Shown here: one piece after another, positions 9,168 through 19,537 of the stretch | How the letters are laid out: each line of letters starts with the position of its first letter | How positions within the stretch are numbered: the stretch's first letter is position 1 | Assembly (NCBI GenBank): GCA_937921035.1 | Contig: CALEUL010000025.1 | Coordinates: 8,444-72,443, forward strand | Reading direction: 5' to 3' | DNA from: an uncultured Porphyromonadaceae bacterium | GTDB taxonomy: Bacteria > Bacteroidota > Bacteroidia > Bacteroidales > Muribaculaceae | Length of the DNA: 64,000 nt | Program-made: the position numbers and the translations under genes | The notes under the pieces: model-generated | What the model was told of the DNA's origin: nothing | Seen by the model: the letters and a program-made list of their open reading frames with translations, nothing else | The model's database searches: none

Positions 9168-12100
9168 TTAGATACCGAGGTTGAAGCCTACAGTCCATAC
9201 GCGTGCCTGGGGGTATACGCCGTAATCAACGCCGAGCGAGGTAGCAGCAGACGAGATTTCGGGGTCGTAGCCGTGATACTTTGTCCATGTTACGAGGTTC
9301 TCGGCGGCAACGTATACGCGCAGCTTGGAAACAAACGCCTTCTTTGTGAGCTTTTCGGGAAGAGTGTAACCCAACTGCAGGTTTTTCAGACGCAGGTAGC
9401 TGCCGTCGGATACATACAGGTCGGACGACTGCCAGTTGTAGGAATCGGCCTGCACATAGCGCGGATACTTGTTGGTGGTGCCTTCGCCGGTCCAGCGGTT
9501 CAGCATCCACGAGGGAAGGTTGGAGGCAATGGCATCGATACGGCGTGTTGCGTCGTAGATATCGTTGCCGGCAGTGCCCTGGAAGAAGATGTTGAAATCG
9601 AAGCCGCGCCATGTGGCTGTGAGGCCGAAACCGTAGCTCCAGTCGGGCATGCCTTTACCAATCTTTGTACGGTCGTCTTCGGTAATCTGGCCGTTTCCGT
9701 CGACATCGGCAAAGCGGACGTCGCCGGGCTTGAGGTTTGTACCGTACTTGGTGTTGTATTCGTTGGCCTCGGCAATATTCTGGATGATGCCGTCGGTCTT
9801 GTAGCCGTAGAAGTATGGGAAGGGTTCGCCGTTCTGTGCGCGCGAGATAGTACCAGTGCCCTGGAAAGAGTCGAGGTTGGCCCAGCCCTGTTCGTTGCCG
9901 TAGGCGATGAGCTTGTTCTTGAGATATGAAGCGTTTGCGTTGAAACGAATGGAAAGGTCGCCGAAGTTCTGGCGGTAGCCGAAGTCGAATTCAAGACCGG
10001 TGTTGCGCATCTTGCCCACATTGCCGACGGGGATAGCCTCTCCGACGTACTGCGGCAGCGACATTGTCATAAGCATGCCGTCGGTGTCCTTGAGGTACCA
10101 GTCTACGCTTAATGTGAACATGTTCTGCAGGAAACCGAAATCGATACCTACATCCGTCTGCTTTGATTCTTCCCAGCGAAGGTCGGGGTTAGGCAGCTGG
10201 CTCGGCTTGGTACCGTTTATGATAGCTCCGGTCTTGCCGAAAATATAGTTGTTGCCGGTGCTTGTGAGAGCGACATACTGGAAGTTACCGATATTCTCGT
10301 TACCGTTCTTACCCCAGCTTGCACGGAGCTTGAAATTGTTCAGCCAAGTGCGGGTGCTTTCCATGAAAGCTTCGTTCATGATATTCCAGCCTGCCGATAC
10401 GGAGGGGAACGTAGCCCAGTGGTTGTTGCTGCCGAAGCGGCTGGAACCGTCGCGGCGTACGGTAGCCTGAATCATATAGCGCTCGTCGAAGTTGTAGCTT
10501 GCACGAGCGAAGTATGAAGCGAGTTTCGATTTTGCGTTTGGCGCGCCCCAGGAGTTACGGTCGCCGTCGGCGGGGAGACCAGTGGAGGCATCGAGGTACG
10601 GACGATCGTAGCTGATAAGGTTGTTGGCGGAACCGCCGAGGTAGTAGCTGCGGCTCTCCTTTGCAGACTGACCCAGGAGGACGCTGAAGCTGTGCTCGTT
10701 GATGGTCTTGTCGTATGACAGCACATTTTCAATCTGCCATACGAGGCCGCGCTCGCTCTGCGATGACGCGGAGGAGAAGTTCTGGCTCTGACCGTTGCGC
10801 AGATAGTATTTGGGTGTGTAGCCGTCGCTGCCCCAGAACGAGAGGTCGGCGCCGTAGCTGATACGGTAGTGCAGGTTATCCCAGATTGAAAGATCGCCCA
10901 CAAAATTGCCTACAAACTTGTGGCTCCATCCCTCACTGCCGGGAAGCGACATGTTCGCGATAGGGTTGCTAAGTTCCTGATAGTTGCCGAAAGCGGTGGG
11001 AACCATCAAGAGACGGCCGTCGGGACCGTACATGGGGACATAGTCGGCCTGACCGGAAAGATAGTTGAGCTGATATGCCTCCTCGGCGCTGCCTTTTTCA
11101 AGGTAGGGAGTGAGGATAGGCGACATCTGCAGTGCGGATCCGAGTGGCGAACCCCACATTGAGTTAACGTCGATGCCTTTGCTCTTGATGCGGGTGTAGG
11201 CAAGATTGGTGTTGATGGTGAACTTGTTTAGGAAGCAGCGCTGCTTGGTGGCGTCGAAAGCGGTGATGCCGAGGTTGCTGCGGAGAGTGAAGCGCTGGTA
11301 GTTGGAGCGGTCGAAGTTACCGCCGACAACGCCTTCCTGCTCCATATATCCTGTAGAGAGCATGTAGTTGATGCGTTCCGAACCGCCTGTAAGCGAAATC
11401 TGGTGATTCTGCATGGGAGCGCCGTTATTGAAAACCTCCTCCTGCCAGTCGGTACCTTCGCCATAGGAAGCGGGGTCGGCATAAGGCGGAGCGATACCGG
11501 CGTTTACAGCGCCTTCGTTCATCATCATGGCGTACTCGGCAGCGTTGAGCACTTTGCGCTTCTTGGCAATGCTCTGCCATCCGTAGCTGAAATCGTAGGA
11601 GAATTTAGCGGGACCTTCCTTACCCTGCTTGGTTGTTACGAGCACAACGCCATTGGCGGCACGTGCACCGTAAACGGCGCCGGAAGCGGCATCCTTCAGC
11701 ACCTCGATGGATGCGATGTCGTTCGGGTTAAGATAGTCAAGGCCACCCTCGATAGGCATGCCGTCTACAATATAAAGAGGGTCGGAATTGTTGATCGTAC
11801 CCACGCCACGGATGCGGACACGGGCGGCAGCGCCGGGCTGACCCGACGAGGAAGTTACCGTAACGCCTGAAGCAAGTCCCTTGAGGGCGTTGTCCATACG
11901 AGTGGGGGCTGTAACAGCCAGTTCATCGGAGTTTACTTTGGCAATAGAAGCGGTTACCACGCTCTTTTTCTGCACACCGTAACCAACGGCCACAACTTCG
12001 TCGAGCATTGTGGAGTTCTCTTTAAGAACAATGTTCATCAGAGGAGCGGCAGGTTTCTCCACACTGTCGTATCCAACATACGAAAACACGAGTGTAGAGC

Positions 12101-12314
12101 CATCCGGCACCGTAATAAGGAAGTTACCGTCAATATCGGTAGTAACACCACGGTTTGCTCCCTTCGTAATAACAGAAACACCGATCAGGGGCTCACCCGC
12201 CGAATCGGATACATTACCTCGGGCTGTAATGTCAGCCCATGCCGTAGCACTGCCAGCGAGCAGAACCACAAGCGCGATTGCAATTGTCTGCAATCTGGTG
12301 AAAAAATGTTTCAT
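9168..12314 (-). CDS. susC: SusC/RagA TonB-dependent transporter
   Basis: GEPLIGVSV, DPLYIVDG, EVLKDAASGAVYGARAANGV, YPQAR terminus. Confidence 0.97.
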   Translation of the reverse strand: MKHFFTRLQTIAIALVVLLAGSATAWADITARGNVSDSAGEPLIGVSVITKGANRGVTTDIDGNFLITVPDGSTLVFSYVGYDSVEKPAAPLMNIVLKENSTMLDEVVAVGYGVQKKSVVTASIAKVNSDELAVTAPTRMDNALKGLASGVTVTSSSGQPGAAARVRIRGVGTINNSDPLYIVDGMPIEGGLDYLNPNDIASIEVLKDAASGAVYGARAANGVVLVTTKQGKEGPAKFSYDFSYGWQSIAKKRKVLNAAEYAMMMNEGAVNAGIAPPYADPASYGEGTDWQEEVFNNGAPMQNHQISLTGGSERINYMLSTGYMEQEGVVGGNFDRSNYQRFTLRSNLGITAFDATKQRCFLNKFTINTNLAYTRIKSKGIDVNSMWGSPLGSALQMSPILTPYLEKGSAEEAYQLNYLSGQADYVPMYGPDGRLLMVPTAFGNYQELSNPIANMSLPGSEGWSHKFVGNFVGDLSIWDNLHYRISYGADLSFWGSDGYTPKYYLRNGQSQNFSSASSQSERGLVWQIENVLSYDKTINEHSFSVLLGQSAKESRSYYLGGSANNLISYDRPYLDASTGLPADGDRNSWGAPNAKSKLASYFARASYNFDERYMIQATVRRDGSSRFGSNNHWATFPSVSAGWNIMNEAFMESTRTWLNNFKLRASWGKNGNENIGNFQYVALTSTGNNYIFGKTGAIINGTKPSQLPNPDLRWEESKQTDVGIDFGFLQNMFTLSVDWYLKDTDGMLMTMSLPQYVGEAIPVGNVGKMRNTGLEFDFGYRQNFGDLSIRFNANASYLKNKLIAYGNEQGWANLDSFQGTGTISRAQNGEPFPYFYGYKTDGIIQNIAEANEYNTKYGTNLKPGDVRFADVDGNGQITEDDRTKIGKGMPDWSYGFGLTATWRGFDFNIFFQGTAGNDIYDATRRIDAIASNLPSWMLNRWTGEGTTNKYPRYVQADSYNWQSSDLYVSDGSYLRLKNLQLGYTLPEKLTKKAFVSKLRVYVAAENLVTWTKYHGYDPEISSAATSLGVDYGVYPQARVWTVGFNLGI

Positions 12315-12354
12315 GCGATAAAGGTTGGTATTAAATTAAAAAGTTTTTCTGCTG

Positions 12355-12362
12355 CAAAGTTA
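12355..12362 (-). promoter_or_regulatory. susC -7 promoter element TAACTTTG
   Basis: TAnnTTTG about 40 nt upstream of the ATG. Confidence 0.65.
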
Positions 12363-12509
12363 AGGCGTTTATCGCATAAGTAAATCTGGAGTAAAGGGAT
12401 TTGGTAAATTTTGATTTTGTTTTAGTACCTGAATATCAGAGCTTTACAATTTAAGATTTTATATGTTTTGGTAAGATTGGTTAAGTTAAATTTTAGATAG
12501 AGGTGCAAG

Positions 12510-14237
12510 TTATATCACCGGTTTTCCAAGCGAGCGCACGCGTTCGGCAAAGGTTTCGCGGGGTACCGCCGCCTTGTTTCGGATTCGCTGGCGGGTATTG
12601 TATACAGTCTGCACGGAACAGTGCAGAAATTTTGCAATCTTCACGCTATCGTTCATGCCCAGGCGGACAAGGGCGTATATCCTCAACTCGGTTGTAAGCA
12701 GACCGTCCTTTCGCAGTTCAAGCAGTTCCCCGGGACGGAGCAGTGTGTTGAAATCCTGCACAAAGTCGGGATAAATCTCAAGGAAGATGCGATCGAAGTT
12801 GGCATACAGCTCCTTTATCTCGCCGTGGGACAGTTCGGGGGATTTAACAAGGTCGTAAACATCGTCGATACGCTTTGCGACAATCATGCGGTAGATATTC
12901 TTGCGGAAATCGTCCATCTTGCCTATATAATTGGAGCATACCGAGAAAATATTGGCAATGTAGTTCTCTTTAGCGTCATTCACCTCGGCAAGCTCTCGGG
13001 CACTGGCACGGGCCGTCTCGTACATTTCCGACAGCTTTGCGTTTGTGGTTTCGAGCTGAGTGCGCATATCCTGCAATTCGGCCACACGTTCCTCCAGGCT
13101 TATTTTGGTTGCCGCCAACTTTCGGCGGTTTCCGCGGTTCTGGCGCAACTGCTTGTAGAGCAGGAATACGACTACACAAAGGACGCAGAAAATAAACAGG
13201 AGGCACGTCATGTATGCGCGAGTCTGCCTCAGCTGTTTCTCGCTGTTGCGGTACAGGGCGTTGAATACCATGTCCTGCAGATTGGCCAGATGCCCAACGC
13301 GCACACGGCTCTTATAGCTGTTGGCAAGCTGAATGCTTTTACTGAGATACGAATTCGCACGCTCCAGATATCCTTTCTGATACATAATAGCGCCAATTTC
13401 CTCGAGCGAAGCAATCTCTTTGTTGCAGATGCGCGTATCTGCGATGGCCGAATATATCAGATAACGCATTTTACCGATGCTGTCGCCGTTGAGCTCGCAC
13501 AAACGGCTCATCATCCAAGCCTCCCGGGCATCTTTCTCGGTATTCATGCACCCCTCCTTTAACCTGCATGACAGCTGAGGCATAAGCACCGAAGCGCGCA
13601 CAGAATCCTCGATGCAGTGCCATCCCATAAGCCAGAAATAGTCCGGGTCGTTCTCTGGAAGAGTGCAACAGAGGCGAGTGAGAAATTCATCCACCTCCGG
13701 CTGATATACTTTTTCGGCATTACGTCCAAGGAACTGATCGATATGCGTTTCCATGAACAGACGCGTTTTATAGTACTTGACCAATTCGGGACCCGACATT
13801 CCGGCAGTATCGACTTCTGCCAGACACCTCGAAGCATCGGAAAGCAGGCCCGTGGCGGAATAGATGTATGTACGGTTCATGTTCACATCGTTCATCAACT
13901 CACGCCGACCGAGCCGACGGGCTATATCGTAGCATTTGTCCGCATACACCAGTGCAGAATCCGAGTCAAAGCCGCTGTATGCAGCATATAGTTCGGAAGA
14001 TATCCAGTATCGCTGTTCATCATTTCCGGAATGGCCCAGACGCTGACGCAGCATGTCAATTTCGGCAACGTGCTGTTTCTCCAATTCGGCGCTTTGAGCA
14101 AGTTCGGCATCGAGGCTGTCGAGCAAAGCCGTAATCTCCGGAGTTATTACGCGGTCGGCGGCCACAGATACTGCCGCTGCGATTATCCAGAACAACATTA
14201 TAAACAAAATATGAATCTTATATTCGAACGATTTCAT
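12510..14237 (-). CDS. SusR-like (DUF6377-type) membrane-spanning PUL regulator
   Basis: Signal peptide, helical sensor, TM segment, coiled coil, C-terminal ELRIYALVRLG..IAKFLHCSVQTVYN HTH. Confidence 0.88.
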   Translation of the reverse strand: MKSFEYKIHILFIMLFWIIAAAVSVAADRVITPEITALLDSLDAELAQSAELEKQHVAEIDMLRQRLGHSGNDEQRYWISSELYAAYSGFDSDSALVYADKCYDIARRLGRRELMNDVNMNRTYIYSATGLLSDASRCLAEVDTAGMSGPELVKYYKTRLFMETHIDQFLGRNAEKVYQPEVDEFLTRLCCTLPENDPDYFWLMGWHCIEDSVRASVLMPQLSCRLKEGCMNTEKDAREAWMMSRLCELNGDSIGKMRYLIYSAIADTRICNKEIASLEEIGAIMYQKGYLERANSYLSKSIQLANSYKSRVRVGHLANLQDMVFNALYRNSEKQLRQTRAYMTCLLFIFCVLCVVVFLLYKQLRQNRGNRRKLAATKISLEERVAELQDMRTQLETTNAKLSEMYETARASARELAEVNDAKENYIANIFSVCSNYIGKMDDFRKNIYRMIVAKRIDDVYDLVKSPELSHGEIKELYANFDRIFLEIYPDFVQDFNTLLRPGELLELRKDGLLTTELRIYALVRLGMNDSVKIAKFLHCSVQTVYNTRQRIRNKAAVPRETFAERVRSLGKPVI

Positions 14238-14495
14238 GGTTCAGACAAGTTCCATCCTTAATAAAATAAGGATATAATCATCGCAAAGATAGCAAATTGA
14301 TTCACTTTTTGCAACATTTAACCCAAAAATCGCCAATGAAATCCAAGAGCGGTAAAAAATACGAGTTTGCAGTTTTACTTTTGCCAGAATTTCACTAACT
14401 TTGCGCAATTGATGGCAAGACCTCTCGTCGAGGCTTGCAAACCGCACCTTGCATAAGACACATTTTAGTTTTTCACTATAATATATAAACACACG

Positions 14496-17207
14496 ATGAA
14501 AAGAGTTTATACATTCGGCGACGGTAAAGCCGAAGGCAATGCAGAAATGCGAAACCTTCTCGGTGGCAAAGGCGCCAACCTGGCCGAAATGAACCTTCTG
14601 GGTATGCCCGTTCCTCCGGGCTTCACTATCACGACTGAAGTCTGCAACGAATACACCCAGTACGGGCGCGACGAAGTGATTTCCCGCATCAAAAAAGACG
14701 TAGAGGAATCAATCGCTCATGTAGAAAGCCTCACGGGCAAGAAATTCAACGATCCATCCAACCCTCTGCTGGTATCCGTACGCTCCGGCGCCCGCGCATC
14801 CATGCCCGGCATGATGGACACCGTCCTCAACCTTGGCATGAACGACGCCACCGTTGAGGCTCTCGCCGAAAAGAGCGGCAACCCCCGCTTCGCCTGGGAC
14901 AGCTACCGCCGCTTCGTGCAGATGTACGGTGATGTTGTTCTTGGCATGAAACCCAAGAAGAAAACCGACATCGACCCCTTCGAGGAAATCATGGACAAGG
15001 TGAAAGAAGAAAAGGGCATCAAGCTCGATACCGAACTCCAGGTAGAAGACCTCAAGAAACTCGTAGTACTCTTCAAGGCCGCAGTAAAGGACTACACCGG
15101 CAAGGATTTCCCCGATAACGCATGGGAACAGCTCTGGGGCGGCATATGCGCCGTTTTCGACAGCTGGATGAACGAACGCGCCATCATCTACCGCCGAATG
15201 AACCAGATTCCCGAAGAATGGGGCACCGCCGTCAACGTACAGGCAATGGTTTACGGCAACATGGGCAACAACTCCGCAACAGGTGTTGCCTTCAGCCGCG
15301 ACGCCGCCACCGGCGAGAACATCTTCAACGGTGAATACCTCATCAACGCACAGGGCGAAGACGTTGTAGCCGGCATCCGCACCCCTCAGCAGATTACAAT
15401 AGAAGGCTCGCGCCGCTGGGCAGCCCTCCAGGGCATCTCCGAAGAGGAACGCGCCTCCAAATATCCTTCGCTGGAAGAATCCATGCCCGTATGCGCCAAC
15501 GAGCTCTTCGCTATCGCAGCCAAGCTCGAGGACTACTACAAAGACATGCAGGATATGGAATTCACCATCCAGGACGGCAAGCTCTGGATGCTCCAGACCC
15601 GTAACGGCAAGCGCACAGGCGCCGCTATGGTAAAAATCGCCATGGACCTCCTCCGCGCCGGCGTAATCGACGAAAAGACCGTCCTCAAGCGCATGGAGCC
15701 CCAGAAACTCGACGAACTTCTGCACCCCGTATTCGACAAATCGGCTCTCAAGCGCGCCAAAGTGGTTGCCAAGGGTCTTCCCGCATCGCCCGGCGCAGCT
15801 TCCGGCCAGATTGTATTCTCCGCCGAAGAAGCAGAATCGTGGGCCGAGAAGAAACGCAAAGTCGTTCTCGTGCGCATCGAGACATCGCCCGAAGACCTTC
15901 GCGGTATGGCCGTTGCCCAGGGTATCCTGACAATGCGCGGCGGTATGACATCGCACGCAGCCGTTGTTGCCCGCGGTATGGGCAAGTGCTGCGTATCCGG
16001 CGCAGGCGAAATCAAGGTAGACTATGTTGCCAAGACCGTTGAAATGGGTGGCAAAACCTATAACGAAGGCGACTGGATTTCCCTTAACGGCTCCACAGGC
16101 GAAGTTTACGACGGCCAGGTTCCCACCACCGAACCCGCACTCGACGGCGACTTCGGCGCAATCATGAACCTCGCAGAAAAATACACCAAGACATACGTGC
16201 GCACCAACGCCGACACCCCGCGCGACGCCAAGCAGGCCCGCAAGTTCGGCGCTCAGGGTATCGGCCTCTGCCGTACCGAGCACATGTTCTTCGAAGGCGA
16301 CCGCATCAAGGCCGTACGCGAGATGATTCTTGCCTCCGACCTCGAAGGCCGCCGTCTGGCCCTCAACAAACTTCTGCCCATGCAGCGCGGCGACTTCGAA
16401 GGCATCTTCGAAGCAATGGACGGATTCGGCGTTACAATCCGCCTTCTCGATCCCCCACTGCACGAGTTCGTTCCTCATCAGACAGCAACCCAGAAGGAGC
16501 TCGCCGACGAAATGGGTATCACCCTCGCCGAAGTAAAGGCCAAAGTTGACGCCCTCGAGGAATTCAACCCCATGCTCGGCCACCGCGGCTGCCGTCTTGG
16601 CATCACCTACCCCGAAATCACCGAGATGCAGACACGCGCCATCATCGAGGCAGCCCTCGCCTGCAAGGCCCGCGGCATCGAGGTTCATCCCGAAATCATG
16701 GTGCCCCTGGTAGGCTCCCTGAAGGAACTCCAGCACCAGGCTAACGTTATCAACGAAACCGCCGTTAAGGTATTCGAGGAAAAAGGCGACTCGATCCCCT
16801 ACCTCGTAGGTACAATGATCGAAGTTCCCCGCGCAGCCCTTACAGCCAACGAAATCGCACAGGTTGCCGACTTCTTCTCCTTCGGTACCAACGACCTTAC
16901 CCAGATGACCTTCGGCTTCTCGCGCGACGACGCACCCAAGTTCCTGAAGTACTACAAGGAACACGGTGTTATCAAGACCGATCCCTTCGAAGTGCTCGAC
17001 CAGGTCGGCGTAGGCCAGCTCGTACGCATGGGCGTAGAAAAAGGCCGCAGCGTTAAGCCCGAGCTCAAGGTAGGTATCTGCGGCGAGCACGGAGGCGAAC
17101 CCTCGTCGGTAATCTTCTGCGCAAAACTCGGCATGAACTACGTGAGCTGCTCGCCCTTCCGCGTGCCCATTGCCCGCGTAGCCGCCGCTCAGGCTGCTAT
17201 TGATTAA
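14496..17207 (+). CDS. ppdK: Pyruvate, phosphate dikinase
   Basis: LLGGKGANLAEM, GGMTSHAAVVAR, GICGEHGGEP. Confidence 0.98.
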   Translation: MKRVYTFGDGKAEGNAEMRNLLGGKGANLAEMNLLGMPVPPGFTITTEVCNEYTQYGRDEVISRIKKDVEESIAHVESLTGKKFNDPSNPLLVSVRSGARASMPGMMDTVLNLGMNDATVEALAEKSGNPRFAWDSYRRFVQMYGDVVLGMKPKKKTDIDPFEEIMDKVKEEKGIKLDTELQVEDLKKLVVLFKAAVKDYTGKDFPDNAWEQLWGGICAVFDSWMNERAIIYRRMNQIPEEWGTAVNVQAMVYGNMGNNSATGVAFSRDAATGENIFNGEYLINAQGEDVVAGIRTPQQITIEGSRRWAALQGISEEERASKYPSLEESMPVCANELFAIAAKLEDYYKDMQDMEFTIQDGKLWMLQTRNGKRTGAAMVKIAMDLLRAGVIDEKTVLKRMEPQKLDELLHPVFDKSALKRAKVVAKGLPASPGAASGQIVFSAEEAESWAEKKRKVVLVRIETSPEDLRGMAVAQGILTMRGGMTSHAAVVARGMGKCCVSGAGEIKVDYVAKTVEMGGKTYNEGDWISLNGSTGEVYDGQVPTTEPALDGDFGAIMNLAEKYTKTYVRTNADTPRDAKQARKFGAQGIGLCRTEHMFFEGDRIKAVREMILASDLEGRRLALNKLLPMQRGDFEGIFEAMDGFGVTIRLLDPPLHEFVPHQTATQKELADEMGITLAEVKAKVDALEEFNPMLGHRGCRLGITYPEITEMQTRAIIEAALACKARGIEVHPEIMVPLVGSLKELQHQANVINETAVKVFEEKGDSIPYLVGTMIEVPRAALTANEIAQVADFFSFGTNDLTQMTFGFSRDDAPKFLKYYKEHGVIKTDPFEVLDQVGVGQLVRMGVEKGRSVKPELKVGICGEHGGEPSSVIFCAKLGMNYVSCSPFRVPIARVAAAQAAID

Positions 17208-17234
17208 ATCATAAAGTAACATAATCCTTTTATC

Positions 17235-17282
17235 AGGCTGTAACGCATTGGGAAATCCGGCGTTACAGCCTAACTTATTTTT
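17235..17282 (+). terminator. ppdK terminator
   Basis: 12-bp stem AGGCTGTAACGC/GCGTTACAGCCT with a T-rich tail. Confidence 0.7.
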
Positions 17283-17470
17283 GGAGAAACTGCCGATATT
17301 TTATCACTCCGTAAAATCCGCATATAATTAAAAAGTTTGGTTTATTCTTGTGAATTGAAAGAAATATTTTTAATTTTGTAGCGCGTAAAAAAACGCCTTT
17401 ATACCATCATTTACCAATCAATAGAAACACAAAACACAAATACCTTAGCGCCATAACAGGCGTAACTACA

Positions 17471-19450
17471 ATGAAAACCGACTTAAGCTCTCAAATCAAG
17501 CTTGACCGAATTCCGAATAAATACTACAATCCCGATTCGGAAATCGAGCTTGCGGCAATACGCCGCGAGGAAAAGATTGACACCCGCATCTTTGAAACAG
17601 CAAACGAAGGGGCCGATTTTGTTGCCGCCCAGCTTGCCAAGTACATCAACCGATATGTTGATGCCAAAGGCAAGTGCGTACTGGCACTCGGCGCAGGCAA
17701 CAACACCCACCGCGTGTATGCAAGCCTTATAAAAATGTATAAGGAAGGACACGTAGACTTTGCCAACGTTATCGTTTTCAACATAGGAGAATTCTTCCCA
17801 ATCGAACCGGAAGGCCCCTCTACATTGGAACGACTGAAAAATGTATTCCTGAACTACGTTGACATAAAGCCGGAAAACATCCGCTCTTTCGATTCCAATA
17901 TCACCAAGGAAACAATGGCCGACATGTGCCACGACTACGAACGCCGCATAGCCAACGCCGGCGGCATCGACGTGGCATTGTGCGAAATCGGCGCAACCGG
18001 CAATATAGCCTTCAACGAACCCGGCAGCTCCGCCGCAAGCTACACCCGTCTTGTACACCTCGGCAACGAAACGCGCCATCTTATCAGCAAGGACTACAAG
18101 TGCGACCGCGCCCCCAAGGGCGCCGTTACTCTCGGCATATCCAACATCCTCTCGGCACGCCGAGTCCTCACAATGGCATGGGGCGAGGACCGCGCCGGCA
18201 TTATACACCGCACAGTAGAGGAGAACGCCACATCCGCAGTTCCCGCATCGCTGCTTCAGGGCCATCCACACGTCAAACTCATCACCGACCTCGGCGGCGC
18301 CGAAGACCTTACCCGTATCAGCCATCCCTGGAAGGTTACTTCCTGCGAGTGGACCGACAAGCTTATCCGTCGAGCCATCGTATGGCTCTGCGACATGACA
18401 GGCAAGCCAATCCTCAAGCTCACCGACAAGGACTATAACGACTGGGGTCTTGGCGAACTTCTTGCCATCTACGGCTCGGCATACAACGTAAACATCAAGA
18501 TTTTCAACGATCTGCAGCACACCATCACCGGCTGGCCCGGCGGCAAACCCAACGCCGACGACACCTTCCGTCCCGAACGTGCGAATCCGTTCCCCAAACG
18601 AGTGATTGTTTTCTCGCCGCATCCCGACGACGACGTTATCTCGATGGGCGGCACCCTGCGCCGACTGGTTGTACAGGGCCACGACGTACATGTTGCATAT
18701 GAGACTTCCGGCAATATCGCCGTAGGCGACGAGGATATGATGCGCTACTTCCTCATGACCGACCGTATCGCCCCTCTCTTCGGCTTTGATAACGAAAATT
18801 ACACAAAACTCAGCAACACCGTAGCCGAAGCAGTTGCCAACAAAAAATCAGGAGAAATCGATACTAAGGAAGTACGTGAAATCAAGACCATGATCCGCCA
18901 GGCCGAAGCTACTATCGCCTGCCACTACATCGGCGTAAAACCCGACAACATCCACTTCCTGCGTCTGCCGTTCTACGAGACCGGTACTATCAAAAAAGGC
19001 GATCTGTCGCAGCGCGACGTCGACATTGTAAAGGAACTTCTGCAGGATGTTAAGCCTCATCAGATTTTCGTAGCAGGCGACCTCGCCGACCCCCACGGCA
19101 CACACAAAGTATGCACCGACGCCGTACTGGCCGCTATCGACGAACTTCTTGAAGAACCGTGGATGAAAGACTGCCGGATATGGATGTACCGCGGCGCCTG
19201 GGCAGAATGGGAAATCGACCATATCGAAATGGCAGTGCCCATCAGCCCCGAGGAACTGCGCTTCAAACGCAACTCCATCCTGAAGCACCAGAGCCAGATG
19301 GAAAATGCTCCGTACCTCGGCGACGACGACCGTCTGTTCTGGCAGCGTGCCGAAGAGCGTAACCGCGCGACAGCACAGCTCTACGAAGGACTTGGCCTTG
19401 CTTCCTATGAAGCTATCGAAGCCTTTGTGGAATATCATCCCATCCGATAA
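17471..19450 (+). CDS. Glucosamine-6-phosphate deaminase-like domain fused to a PIG-L deacetylase
   Basis: NagB-like N-terminus (AFNEPGS, MAWGEDRA); PIG-L motifs SPHPDDD and DPHGTH. Confidence 0.9.
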   Translation: MKTDLSSQIKLDRIPNKYYNPDSEIELAAIRREEKIDTRIFETANEGADFVAAQLAKYINRYVDAKGKCVLALGAGNNTHRVYASLIKMYKEGHVDFANVIVFNIGEFFPIEPEGPSTLERLKNVFLNYVDIKPENIRSFDSNITKETMADMCHDYERRIANAGGIDVALCEIGATGNIAFNEPGSSAASYTRLVHLGNETRHLISKDYKCDRAPKGAVTLGISNILSARRVLTMAWGEDRAGIIHRTVEENATSAVPASLLQGHPHVKLITDLGGAEDLTRISHPWKVTSCEWTDKLIRRAIVWLCDMTGKPILKLTDKDYNDWGLGELLAIYGSAYNVNIKIFNDLQHTITGWPGGKPNADDTFRPERANPFPKRVIVFSPHPDDDVISMGGTLRRLVVQGHDVHVAYETSGNIAVGDEDMMRYFLMTDRIAPLFGFDNENYTKLSNTVAEAVANKKSGEIDTKEVREIKTMIRQAEATIACHYIGVKPDNIHFLRLPFYETGTIKKGDLSQRDVDIVKELLQDVKPHQIFVAGDLADPHGTHKVCTDAVLAAIDELLEEPWMKDCRIWMYRGAWAEWEIDHIEMAVPISPEELRFKRNSILKHQSQMENAPYLGDDDRLFWQRAEERNRATAQLYEGLGLASYEAIEAFVEYHPIR

Positions 19451-19473
19451 TACGATTATATCGCGTATACATT

Positions 19474-19506
19474 AACGGACGCTCCCCGGCGGGAGCGTCC
19501 GTTTTT
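19474..19506 (+). terminator. Intrinsic terminator
   Basis: AACGGACGCTCCC/GGGAGCGTCCGTT stem plus T run, between convergent genes. Confidence 0.8.
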
Positions 19507-19537
19507 ATAATGATCAAATGAATATCAGATGTAAACG

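Noticed and set aside
14709..17222. 837-aa antisense ORF over ppdK, and similar long shadow ORFs over the SGBP, NagB-like, mutS2, ileS, tricorn and gal genes
   Set aside because: Antisense shadows of codon-biased GC-rich genes, with no motifs.
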